Source: Tubulanus polymorphus (taxonomy: Eukaryota > Animalia > Nemertea). Taken from it: a stretch of 64,000 bases of DNA. The notes under the pieces were generated by a model that worked only from the letters and a program-made list of their open reading frames with translations, ran no database searches and was not told where the DNA came from. Of this stretch, positions 36,845 to 48,315 are shown in pieces. Made by a program: the position numbers and the translations under genes. The stretch spans positions 16,343,101 to 16,407,100 of the forward strand of contig NC_134025.1 in NCBI RefSeq assembly GCF_964204645.1, in the 5' to 3' direction. Each line of letters starts with the position of its first letter. Position 1 is the stretch's first letter.

Positions 36845-39800
36845 ATGGAAGCAAATAAATACTACTGTCCAACATGTAATATCAATATATATAAATCCCA
36901 AAAAGCAAGACACAATAAAACTAAAACACATTTAGAGAATAAATTGAAATTAGAATATGAAGATGATATATTAGAAACTAAATTAGATGAATTAAAGAAT
37001 GAAAAAGAAACATACAAATGTGATACATGTAATCAATCATTCAGTGATAAAAGATATTATAATGAACATTTAAAATCTAAAAGTCATATTAGAAATAAGA
37101 ATAATGATATTTTAGGTGAAGATTATTTTGATAATGATAATGATAAGAAACAGAAGACAATTAAAAGCATAAAGAATAAATTAAACAATAAAAGACCATA
37201 CATGGAAGATGTAAGAAAATATATTAATTCATTAGATAATAAAAAAGATATAGAGATAACCGAAGCATTTAAAAGTGATATTGGCCCAGCAGCTATCGAG
37301 TTTAAATTTCATAAAGGAAAAACATTAGAAGAAAATAAAAAACATTTAGAAAATATGAAAGAAATAATAAAAATAATAACTGATGTTGAATATCCTAAAA
37401 TAAGTATATCTTCTAAAGTTAAATTCATAAAATCTGAAGATAAACCAATATATAATATAAATTCTCATTCACAACATATTATATATAAACAACATATAGA
37501 TGATAAATTAGATAAATGTTATAATGAAGTAAAAACTAAAATAGAAGAGAAACATTTTGAAGGATCTGGTTTAATATTTGATGAAATAATATTTATGACT
37601 TTACATGTTTATAACACAAAATATAATAAGTTAACTAAATCAAAACCAATTGATGAAAATAATGTATCATATTATAAAGAACCAGATATTGAAGCATCAA
37701 GTTATATTAAACTACCATTTAAAACTAATGCTGTAATAAATGTACAAAATGAAGATGATAAATGTTTTCTATGGACTATAATAAGTTGTTTACACCCAGT
37801 TGAAGATTATAAACAACATAGTTTTAGATTAACTCATTATAAACCATTTGAAAATAATTATAAGATAGATAAGTATCCTGTTAGAATTAAAAACGTCCCA
37901 AAGATAGAAAGAGATAATAATTTAAGAATAAATGTATTTGATTTAATCAAATTACCAAATACAAAAGGTAACAATATAAAACATTATACATTAGAACCTT
38001 TATATCTATCAAAAGATTATGATTCAAACAATGTTATAGATATACTATATTATGAGAATCATTATATGTGGATTAAACAAATCGATTTATTTTTTAAATC
38101 AGAAAGTGATCACCATAAAATATATCTTTGTAGAAAATGTTTACATAAATTCAGTAATGAAAGTACATTATTAAATCATAAACAATTATGTGAAAATCAT
38201 GATTATTGTAAATTAGTTTTACCAAATGAAAAGGATAAAATATTAGAATTCAAAAAATATGATTACAAAAATAAAGTTCCATTTGTTATATATGGAGATT
38301 TTGAATCATTAAATAAAGAATTAACTGATCAAAATAGAAAAGAAATATATTATAAAAGAAAGAAATTATATCCTAATGAAAATGATTTTTCAGATGAACC
38401 ACCAAAAACAAATACTATTAAAAAGATTCATCAATCAGCTGCAGCTTTCGGGTTATATATAAAATCTGATTATCCAGAACTTATTGAAAGTGAATATTAT
38501 CATTATAGAAATGAAAATGTTATCAATCATTTTTGTGACTTATTAATTGAATATGAAATAAGATTTAGTAAATTATTGAATACAAATATAGAAATCATAA
38601 TGACAGAAGAAGATAAAGAAGCATTTGCGTTTGCAGATAAATGTTATTATTGTGAAAAGATATTTAATTATAAAGATAAAAAAGTAAGAGACCATGATCA
38701 TTTGAACGGAAAGTTTAGAGGCGCCGCACATGAGAATTGTAACTTACAAGCTAAGAAAATTAACTTTGTACCAGTTATATTTCATAATCTATCAGGATAT
38801 GATGCACATTTATTCATCAAACAGTTATGTCATAAAATAGAAGAAATTAATAATGAAATAGAAAGATTAAATTCAAATAGATCAAAAGATAAAATACCAA
38901 CTTATAAATTTAGAATGTTAGCTAAAACATCTGAGAATTATATATCATTCCAATTTGGGGGTTTAAGATTTATAGATTCATATTGATTTTTAAATAGTTC
39001 ATTAGATAACTTATCAAAATCATTTGTTGATGATGAATTAAAGATATTAAAAGAATATTACCCAAATAATGATGATTTTAAATTAATGAGATATAAAGGA
39101 GCAATTCCATATTCTTTCTATAAAAATCATAATGATTTTAACATAACTGAATTATTAAAAGAACAATTTTATGATGAATTAAAAAATGAATATGTTAAAG
39201 ATGAAGTATATAATAGAACATTGAATATTTGGAATCATTTCAAAATAGAAAATCATGGGCAATTAGTCGATTTATATCTAAAATCAAATGTATTATTATT
39301 AACCGATATATTCGAAAGGTTTAGAGATGTAAACCTAAAATATTTCAATATTGATCCTTGTCATTGTTATTCAAGTCCAGGATTAACATGGGATTGTGGA
39401 TTAAAATTTACAGATATAAAAATGGATTTGTTAACAAATATAGATCAATTATTATTATTTGAAAAATCTATAAGAGGAGGTGTTTCAGGTGTATTAGGGG
39501 ATAGATATTTCAATGTAAATGATAACCCTGGATATAAGTTATTATATATAGATGCAAATGATTTGTATGGTTGGGCAATGATGGAACCACAACCTTATGG
39601 AGTATTTGAATTAACTGAAGTTTTACAGAATGAAAATAATGATAAATTTGATTGGAAGAAAAGAATTCTAGATATTGCAGATGATTCAGATACTGGTTAC
39701 TTCTTTGTTGTAGATTTAGAATATCCTGAATATAAAAAATTTAAATCTAGAAATCTAGCATACTGCCCCGAACATAAAACTGTAACTCATGAAGAATTAT

Positions 39801-40859
39801 CAAATTACCAAAAAAGAATTAAACCCGAAAATCATATTCATACAGAAAAGTTAATGGTAACTCAAGAAGATAAATATAATTATGTAGTACATTATAGAAT
39901 ATTAAAGTTTTATCTAAAACAAGGAATGATCCTAAAAAAAGTACATAGATATATTTCATTCAGTCAATCTAAGTGGTTAGAAAAATATATAGATTTCAAC
40001 AGCAAACAGAACTGAAGCTAAAACTGATTTCGAAAAAGATTTCTTCAAGTTAATGAATAATGCATTCTATGGTAAGACTTGTGAAAATATTAGAAATAGA
40101 AATGATATTGAGTTAGTTAGTAATGGTAAAAGAATTAGACATTTACAATCATATCCTAAGTTCATTAGTAACAGAATATTCGATGAAAATTTTGCCGCAG
40201 TTAAAATGAGAAGAACATCAATGAAATTTAATAAACCAATCTATGTTGGCGCTTCAGTTTTAGAATTATCAAAATTACTAATGTATGAATTCTATTATAA
40301 TGTATTACAACCACTTTTTGGAGAAAAACATATAGAAATATTATATTTTGATACTGACAGTTACATATTAAAGATAAAAACTGATAACATAACAGATGAT
40401 TTAAAAACATTAAAACATCATTTTGATTTTAGTAACTATCCTAAAGATCATGAATTGTTTAGCAATGATAATAAAAAAGTTCCAGGGAAGTTTAAGGATG
40501 AATTAGGTGGTGAAGAAATGATAGAGTTCATAGGTATTAGATCTAAAATGTATTCATTTAAAACTAAAACTCATGAAGCTAAAAAGTTAAAAGGAATAAC
40601 CAAAAGTGTAGTAGAAAAGAATATTTATTTCAAAGATTACATCAATTGTATATTCAATGAAGAAGTTAGAAAACATAAGATGAGATGTTTAAGATCTGAA
40701 GATCATGAAATGTTTAATGAAGAAATTGAAAAGATAAGTCTAAACCCATTTGATGATAAAAAATATATTTTAGATGATGGAATTCATACAGTTGCTTATG
40801 GTTGTAATTTAGATGAATTCTTCAAATTTAAAAGAGAAGAACAATGCATCAATGATTAA
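36845..40859 (+). pseudogene. pPolB (ZnF, vOTU-like, exonuclease with EndoVII-like insert, polymerase), copy C
   Basis: Same motifs as copy B; three ORFs separated by a stop near 38986 and a frameshift near 40012. Confidence 0.95.
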
Positions 40860-41040
40860 TAAAGAAAATTATAATATAGAAAAAGTAATTGATTTAGTTA
40901 AATCACCTTTAGAATATTATGAATTAAATGAAGATGGAATTATTGAAGATAATCATAAAAGTAGTAATGAAATAAATGTTGAAATAATCATAAATAAGTT
41001 AAATAGATATTTTGATGATAGTAATTTTTTTGATAAATAA

Positions 41041-41261
41041 ATGAGTGATAACAAGTGGATAATAACTGGATTATATAATGGCGCATTACTTCAGTTGGAA
41101 CTGTTGGTTATTCAATGGTATTCAAAAAAGTATTCAAAATGGGAAGTGTTAATGTTGATAGATTTGATATAAATGATATTTTAAAATTAACATTAGCAGT
41201 TACTTTATCTAATTTAACTATCGATTATTTAGAAAAACAAAAATATATTCCTCCCATATAA
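41041..41261 (+). pseudogene. 73-aa hydrophobic protein, frameshifted
   Basis: Matches intact 62622-62843. Confidence 0.75.
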
Positions 41262-41285
41262 ATACATAATTATTTTACTAAATAA

Positions 41286-41708
41286 ATGGCTTCTGCAGTT
41301 ATAACTATTATAGGATCGGCAATTGTTAACGCTTTAGCATTTACAGGTGGCGGTTATTTATTTAAGCATATTGATAAAAATGGATCATTAACCGAACAAA
41401 AAAGACATAACTTAGCATTAGAAAAATATAATAAAGCTGCGGAAGAATATAGAGAAAAGAGGCAAAACTATATGGATTATATTAACAAAGAATTATATGA
41501 TCAGAAGATTTCACACAGAGATTTTCAATCAGTTGATGATGCAATGAGTTTATATAACTCAGTAACCAATAAAGAAAAATTACATCTGTACAAACCCAAA
41601 TTATCAGATTATTATACCCCAAGTAATGAACAACAGAAATATGAAATAATTTGGATTTTAGGTGGAACAGTTATTGTTATATTTGTAGCGTATAAGTTTA
41701 CTAATTAG
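41286..41708 (+). CDS. 140-aa protein with hydrophobic N-terminus and C-terminal TM helix
   Basis: MASAVITIIGSAIVNALAFTGGGYLF; IIWILGGTVIVIFVAY; present in all copies. Confidence 0.78.
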   Translation: MASAVITIIGSAIVNALAFTGGGYLFKHIDKNGSLTEQKRHNLALEKYNKAAEEYREKRQNYMDYINKELYDQKISHRDFQSVDDAMSLYNSVTNKEKLHLYKPKLSDYYTPSNEQQKYEIIWILGGTVIVIFVAYKFTN

Positions 41709-41728
41709 TAATTTTTTTTGCTAAATAA

Positions 41729-42163
41729 ATGGAAGATAAAGTTGATAATATTGATATTATTCCTCATGATATCAGAAAAACTAAATTAAAAATATATTTA
41801 GAAAAACAAATATTAGAATTTGAAAGTGACTTAAAGATAAAAAAGAAAAAATATTTAAAATCCAAAATTATATATTATTTTATTATTAGTGGTTCAGTTA
41901 CAATTAGTTCTGTAATAACATTTCTAGCAATATTCAGTCCATTAACACCTTTAGCTATATCAATTGGCGTATTAGGATTAAGTTCAAGTGTTTTAACTGG
42001 TATAAGTTCAAAATTAAATATAAAAAGTAATAAAGAAAAAATCAAAACTAATATAAAAGAAATTAATAAATTAAAGAATACACTAGATTATATAATAAGT
42101 TTAAATGGTCATATAACAGTTGAAGAACGAGATAAATTATTAAAAGAATTGATAAATTATTAA
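41729..42163 (+). CDS. 144-aa protein with two TM helices flanked by coiled coil
   Basis: Hydrophobic hairpin IIYYFII..VLTGI; present in all copies. Confidence 0.78.
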   Translation: MEDKVDNIDIIPHDIRKTKLKIYLEKQILEFESDLKIKKKKYLKSKIIYYFIISGSVTISSVITFLAIFSPLTPLAISIGVLGLSSSVLTGISSKLNIKSNKEKIKTNIKEINKLKNTLDYIISLNGHITVEERDKLLKELINY

Positions 42164-42179
42164 TTTTTTAATTCTATAA

Positions 42180-43500
42180 ATGGCAGATAGTTTTCCAAAA
42201 GCTTTCCAATATAATAAATCAATTAAATATAATACTCCAGCAATAGATTTTAATAAAGATATTACATATAGAAATGAAGTTTTAAATTCATTAATTGATT
42301 TATATATTTATGTTACTGAAAGCAATAATTTTCATGTAAAGATGGAAAATATATTTCATGTGTATACAATTAATTTTAAAAATTTAAATGAGGCAAAACA
42401 ATGGTTATTAAAATCTAATATGAAGTATTGGCAGAACCAATTAATTTTTGCTGTTTAATGCGCAACAACAGGATGTGGAATTAGTTGGAATGATCATTTG
42501 AACAAACCAAGTTTACCATTGATGTTATGACTTTTTAGATTTCATACATATTTTCAAATAAAATTAATATTAGATGAATTAGAATTTCCTTTACCAGGAT
42601 CAAAATATTTTAAAGAATTGAATTATAATATTAATTTTTCTAAGTTTTATAAAATATGTAATGAATTTAATATTAATTCAAATAAAGATTTTAGAGCAAA
42701 AATTGGAACAACGGGTGCATTAGGAATATTATATACTAAAGAATTTGGAATAATAATGACAAATTCAGATATAAGAACACTAAATTGGAATGAATTACCA
42801 AAATATTATAATAATATACAACAACAAAATAATAATGGTTGGGTTAATTTCATTTTAGAAAATAGTGAAGGTTTTACTAAAGCTGGTATACAAAGAATAA
42901 ATCAATCTATTAGAACTTATTCGATATGTATTTTAGGCGCGCAAGTTGAAACAAGATCCCCAATAATTGGAAATGATAACACTTCATTCGATGCGCAGAA
43001 ACAATTCAAAGTATTATTTGAAGATTCCATTCATAATGATAAAAATAGATCGATTCCAGAAAACATTGTAAGATATCAAAATTATTTAGATAAATCACAT
43101 ATTAGATTAAATTATTGTATAGGCCCTAATCTATTAATTATTTCTAATGATTTAGTATTAAAGATGGGAAACATAATTGGTTATAATAATCTATTTAAAA
43201 CTGCAACAATAAATAATTCATTTGGATTAAATGATATAAATAAAAAGATTATCACTGCTCCAAAATTAATGGAAGGTGAAAAAAAAAAAAAAAAAATTCA
43301 ATCAACAGAAACTAAAACTAATAATATTAAATTAAATAATGATTCTAAAATAAAGGATTACAATACATCAGAAAATATTAGAACTGATAATATTCAACAT
43401 GAAATAATTAAACTAAATGATGATAATAAATCCCATGAAAATACTTAATTAGCTTTAACTTGTATAGGAATTGTAATCGGAGGAATATTATATTTTAAAT
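42180..43500 (+). pseudogene. Conserved unknown ~435-aa protein with C-terminal TM helix
   Basis: ORFs 42180-42458 and 42618-43448; homologous to 10269-11411. Confidence 0.72.
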
Positions 43501-43520
43501 TTTAATTTTTTATTATGTAA

Positions 43521-45105
43521 ATGGCAGAAGGTGGAGGAGATTATGAAATGGGAGAAATGGGAAATAATAATGAAGGATTTATACCTGATGAACCACAACC
43601 TGATTTTAATGAAACTAATATTGATAATGATGATGAATCAGCATATAATTCTAATTTAGCAGATAGTGGTTCTAAAGCCCCATCAACAGATGAATTTGAT
43701 AGAAGAACTAGATCGAGAATACCTCCTGAAAATTTAAATCAAGGTTTATCAAGACAAGATTTAGAATATAATAAAATTATTTATAAATTCAAACCTGTAT
43801 TTGAAAGATCTGGGTATAATATAAGTGATAGAGATGCTGAACTTTTAGTAGAAAATTTAAAACTTTTTAAAAGTAAATATTATTATCATTTGGATGGTGA
43901 TTATTATATTGATATCACTAATCAAAGGACAAAACTAAATAAAATATTAGCGGAATCAACTTTGAAAAATTTAGAAACATTTAGAATTAAGAGAATAAGT
44001 AATAGTAATGAAATAACTGATGTTACACAAGAAGAAAGAGATGATAATATAACAGAATTTAGTGAAAGAATTGATGACTTATTGAAAATAATCAATAAAA
44101 ATTCAGAAACAGAAATGGAAGAGTATAGAGATCGATTTGATAAATTAAGATCTTCAACGCCCGAAACATCGAGAAGAGATATTCAACAAATTGATAATGA
44201 TTCAAGCCAATTAAATTATGGTAAAATAATTGATACAATGAATTCATTTGAAGAAGATATGATTAGTATTTTAGATACACCCGGTACTGAAACTGGAATA
44301 AATCGAATACTATCTTTACTTGAAAAAGGATTACTTGATTTAACTGATGAAGAATTAAAAGAATTTCCTGAACAAGCACGTAGAGAAATTAAAGGTATGC
44401 AAGAATCAGCTGGTGAAATTGCTAATATTAAGATGAGATTTTCTAAAATAACCATGTTAGAAAAAGAATTAGCTAATGCAAATGAAGAATTAAAACAATT
44501 AGAATTAAATGAAAATCTTCAAGTAATAGAGGAAGCTGATTATGAAAGCAGAAAGTTAGCTTTAGAAAAAGAAATAGATGATTTAGAATATAACATAAAA
44601 TTACAAAAAGAAGAAAGAGATACATTATTAAAATCATATGATCTTAATCATATTAAAAAATTAAAAGTTATTTTTAAAGATTTGTTGATTAAACCAAATT
44701 CTAAAATATCATTAAAAGACAGAATAAGATTATTATTTAAGTTAGAAGGTATAACAATTCTTTCAATTCTAACATCTGTAACTATGGTATTTACAACAAT
44801 AGGTTTAGCAATATCAAATGCTTTGAAATCTACTCCTACTCCCAATAAACCAGATAAACCCCCAGATAATAATAATTCTACACAAGATAAAGTTAAAGAT
44901 GGTTTAAAGAAATTAGCAAAATATTTATGGGAACTATCTAAATAATCTGCTGCAGCATTGCCAGGAGTTATTGCATCAATTGTTGGTTTTATATTGAAAT
45001 CTGCAGGAAACATTATTAACTTTGCTGCTGAACATATTATTTTATTTTTAATTACAGTTGTAAGTGCTTAAATTTTCGATTAGTAAACATGATAAAAATA
45101 AATAA
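43521..45105 (+). pseudogene. ~520-aa acidic/coiled-coil protein with C-terminal membrane segments (stop at 44945)
   Basis: Heptad-rich region, LEGITILSILTSVTMVFTTIGLAI, LPGVIASIVGF after the stop. Confidence 0.75.
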
Positions 45106-45125
45106 TTAATTTTTTTGTTAAATAA

Positions 45126-46372
45126 ATGAGTGGGAGTTATATCAATCCTTCTAAGAATCATAGAATATCTAATGCTATTAAAGCAGAAAGATCACATCAT
45201 ATAATTACTCATAACCCTTCTAATATTAATCCTGATGAAACTTTATATGTTAGAATCTCGAGATTAACACAAAATACTTTTTACGTTCCAAATAGTATTT
45301 ATTTATCTGCCGATATAAAAGTAATCGGTAATAATAAAAATTATGTTGTTGATAATGTTGGAAGATATTTGATTAAAAAAATTAACAATAAAGATTGGTC
45401 CAGAAACAGTTTTCTCATTAGATGATTATGATTTATTTATGCATTATAATGATTTATGGTTAACTAAAGAAAATGGAAATAATATGATATTTCAAGGAAT
45501 CCAATCAGAAAACCAAAATAAATTAAGATCAGAAGCTAATAGCGCAATAATAACTAATGCTGTAGATAAATTGATAAAAAGTATATATGGAATCAAATAT
45601 AAAATTCCATTAGACTTTGAATTGATAAATAACAATGCACCTTTATATAAATACGCAATTCAAGAAGATGTTATATTCAAAATAACATTTGCTCCTGTTA
45701 ATGAAATTGTAATATCTAGCGTTAATAAAGATATGAGTTATAAATTATCGAATATGTTTAGAATATGATACAGTAACTGATGAAAATATTTCAAGTATAA
45801 TTCAAACTAAATACAATCAAGGATTTTCATTATTATATGATTATATTGATAAATTTAAAACTGTAACTATTAATGCAAATGATGAATTAATTTATGAGAA
45901 TATTAACTTCCCAAGAAGATCTATTAAAGGTATATCAATATTTTTTACCATTGCAACATATACTAATGGTGCAATAAATGTTGATAATTATTATAATCCT
46001 GAAATAACAAAAGTAGAAATAACTATCGAAGGAATAGCAAATAAAATATTTTGTCAAGGAATGAGAATGATTGATCAATGGCCAGAAATTAGAAAACATT
46101 TAATGAATGAAAAAGTAAAATCATCTGAAAATTGTAATATTAATCAAATTGATTATTATACCGGTAATAAATATACATTATGGTTAGATTTTAGAACAAC
46201 AGAGGATAATTCATTACTTGGTTCTGGAAAAAAAACTACAGAACACTAAAGATGGAATACAATTATTCATGACAAAGAATAAAGGAAGTCTAAATTTCAA
46301 AATGCACATTTATATTATATCTGACGCGCAATTAAATATTGTAAATTCACAATTAGATAGTGTTATGTATTA
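45126..46372 (+). pseudogene. Major capsid protein (probable double jelly-roll), frameshifted
   Basis: About 410 codons, beta-strand-rich, highly conserved with copy A; inferred from size, pattern and context. Confidence 0.7.
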
Positions 46373-46405
46373 AAATTTTAACTTAAATAAAAATATATAT
46401 AATAA

Positions 46406-47356
46406 ATGGAAGGAGGTAAAGTATATAAACATATTCCATACATAGATACACATGAAAATAATGATGGTTTATATTATGTAATACCTTGTGATATAGCTTT
46501 GATATTTGATCCTATTTTCAAAATTTATAAAACTAAACTAATAGAAATTGATAATAATAAAAGTGGTGTTGTTGATAATTTAGGTAATGTAATTGATAAT
46601 AATGTAATACCTTCTACATCTAATAATGTAATACCTACTAAATCTAATAATGTAATACCTACTACATCTAATAATGTAATACCTTCTACATTTAATAATG
46701 TAATACCTTCTACATCTAATAATGAAATAATATTAAATGTTAGTGAAAATAGAAATTATTGTGGATATTGTAAAAGTGAATTTTCAAACGCTACATCAAA
46801 TTGGAATAAACATATGAATACAAGGGTACATATAAATAATGTTATAGAACGTGTTGGTTTAAAAGAATTTATAGAACACTTAGATATTAGATATGTTACA
46901 AAGTTTGTTTCAAATCAAAAAGTAAATGCTAAAGAATTATATGAAGATTTATTATTAGCAACACCTAATAAAGATGAATTAGATTTAACCGATGCTACTA
47001 AATTAGAATCAAACATTGTAAATGAAATATTAGGAGCAAACACTAATAATAATGAATATGGTGCCGTATGGCACCCACATGGTGATATAGTTACAGGAAA
47101 GCGCATTGATAATAAAGAATCTATCAAAGTTAAATCAGAAAATAAAGATATAGTTGAGATTACTAATAAGTATATCAATAAACCAATTATTTATGAAGAT
47201 ACGGTAAAAAGGGTGAAGAATAAGTACAAAAATAATAAAGAATTTGAAGTAGAAAATTCGGTAGAGAATTTGAATAGATTGTTAGGGTCTGATGATGAAT
47301 TGGAGAGTGATGATGAAAGTGATTCAGAAAGTGATTATCTAACACTCAAAAAGTAA
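46406..47356 (+). CDS. MEGGKVY protein, C variant: 8-aa repeats, one C2H2 finger, acidic tail
   Basis: NNVIPSTS repeats; CGYC..WNKHMNTRVH. Confidence 0.72.
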   Translation: MEGGKVYKHIPYIDTHENNDGLYYVIPCDIALIFDPIFKIYKTKLIEIDNNKSGVVDNLGNVIDNNVIPSTSNNVIPTKSNNVIPTTSNNVIPSTFNNVIPSTSNNEIILNVSENRNYCGYCKSEFSNATSNWNKHMNTRVHINNVIERVGLKEFIEHLDIRYVTKFVSNQKVNAKELYEDLLLATPNKDELDLTDATKLESNIVNEILGANTNNNEYGAVWHPHGDIVTGKRIDNKESIKVKSENKDIVEITNKYINKPIIYEDTVKRVKNKYKNNKEFEVENSVENLNRLLGSDDELESDDESDSESDYLTLKK

Positions 47357-47720
47357 TAAAGGTTGAAAATTGTATAAAATAATAGTAAATAAAAAAGGGG
47401 GTTTTAAGTATTAAGGTATCTAATACGCATTTAATACATATCTAATACGTATTTAATACATATCTAATACGTATCTAATACCTATTTAATAAGTATTATT
47501 TGAAAATACCTTAAATTATATTTCTTTTTTAAATTTATATTGAAACCTCAGTGATAATAAATAACCTTTATTATTTTCAAACTTATTCATATATTAGTTG
47601 AAAAAAATAAAAATAAATTGGTTGAAAATTGTATGAATAATATTTATTTAAAAAAAGGGGGTTTTAAGTATTAATGTATTTAATACGTATTTAATACGTA
47701 TTAGATAGATATATAAATAG

Positions 47721-48315
47721 TTATTTTATAAATTTATATTCATATGGAAATTGTAATCTCAGTAATAATTTTGAACCTTTATTATTCTTTAATTTATTCA
47801 TATATTCATCATGTAATTCAGTAGGTATAATTTGATTTTCTTCCAATGATTGTTGCATAGATTTTTTATCTTTGTTATAAAATAAAACTTGAAATCTTAT
47901 ATTCTCCCTAAAGTCTTTAACACTTGAATTATATTTTTGATTTAAAACCCGTGTTGTTATCCCAAAATAGATAACATAACTCACTTTCTCTAACTTTTGA
48001 ATCATGTAAATTTGCGCAATCATCTATAATGAATGATGTATTTGATCCTTTATAAGTATCAATTGCTATTTTAATACAATTATCTAAATTTTCTTTTACT
48101 GTTTTAGGATTTAATATAATAAACTTTTTTATCTTAAGTATATCTCTATTATATGTTTTATTCATTTCATAAGTAGGACAGAATAATATTATATTATCAA
48201 AATGAATCTTATAAATAGTTTTTAACAAATCTAATATGAAATGTGTTTTACCACAATTGGTTACTCCAGTAACTAACATATTATGCGGTTCAAATATAGA
48301 TAAATCTTTATTCAT
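47721..48315 (-). pseudogene. A32/FtsK-like packaging ATPase, frameshifted
   Basis: GVTNCGKT, IIDDC; a small deletion removes the GRH motif present in copy B. Confidence 0.9.

Noticed and set aside
36845-40859. Programmed recoding or alternative genetic code to explain split ORFs
   Set aside because: Most stops and frameshifts differ between copies, which fits decay; only the C/D 2-bp deletion is shared.
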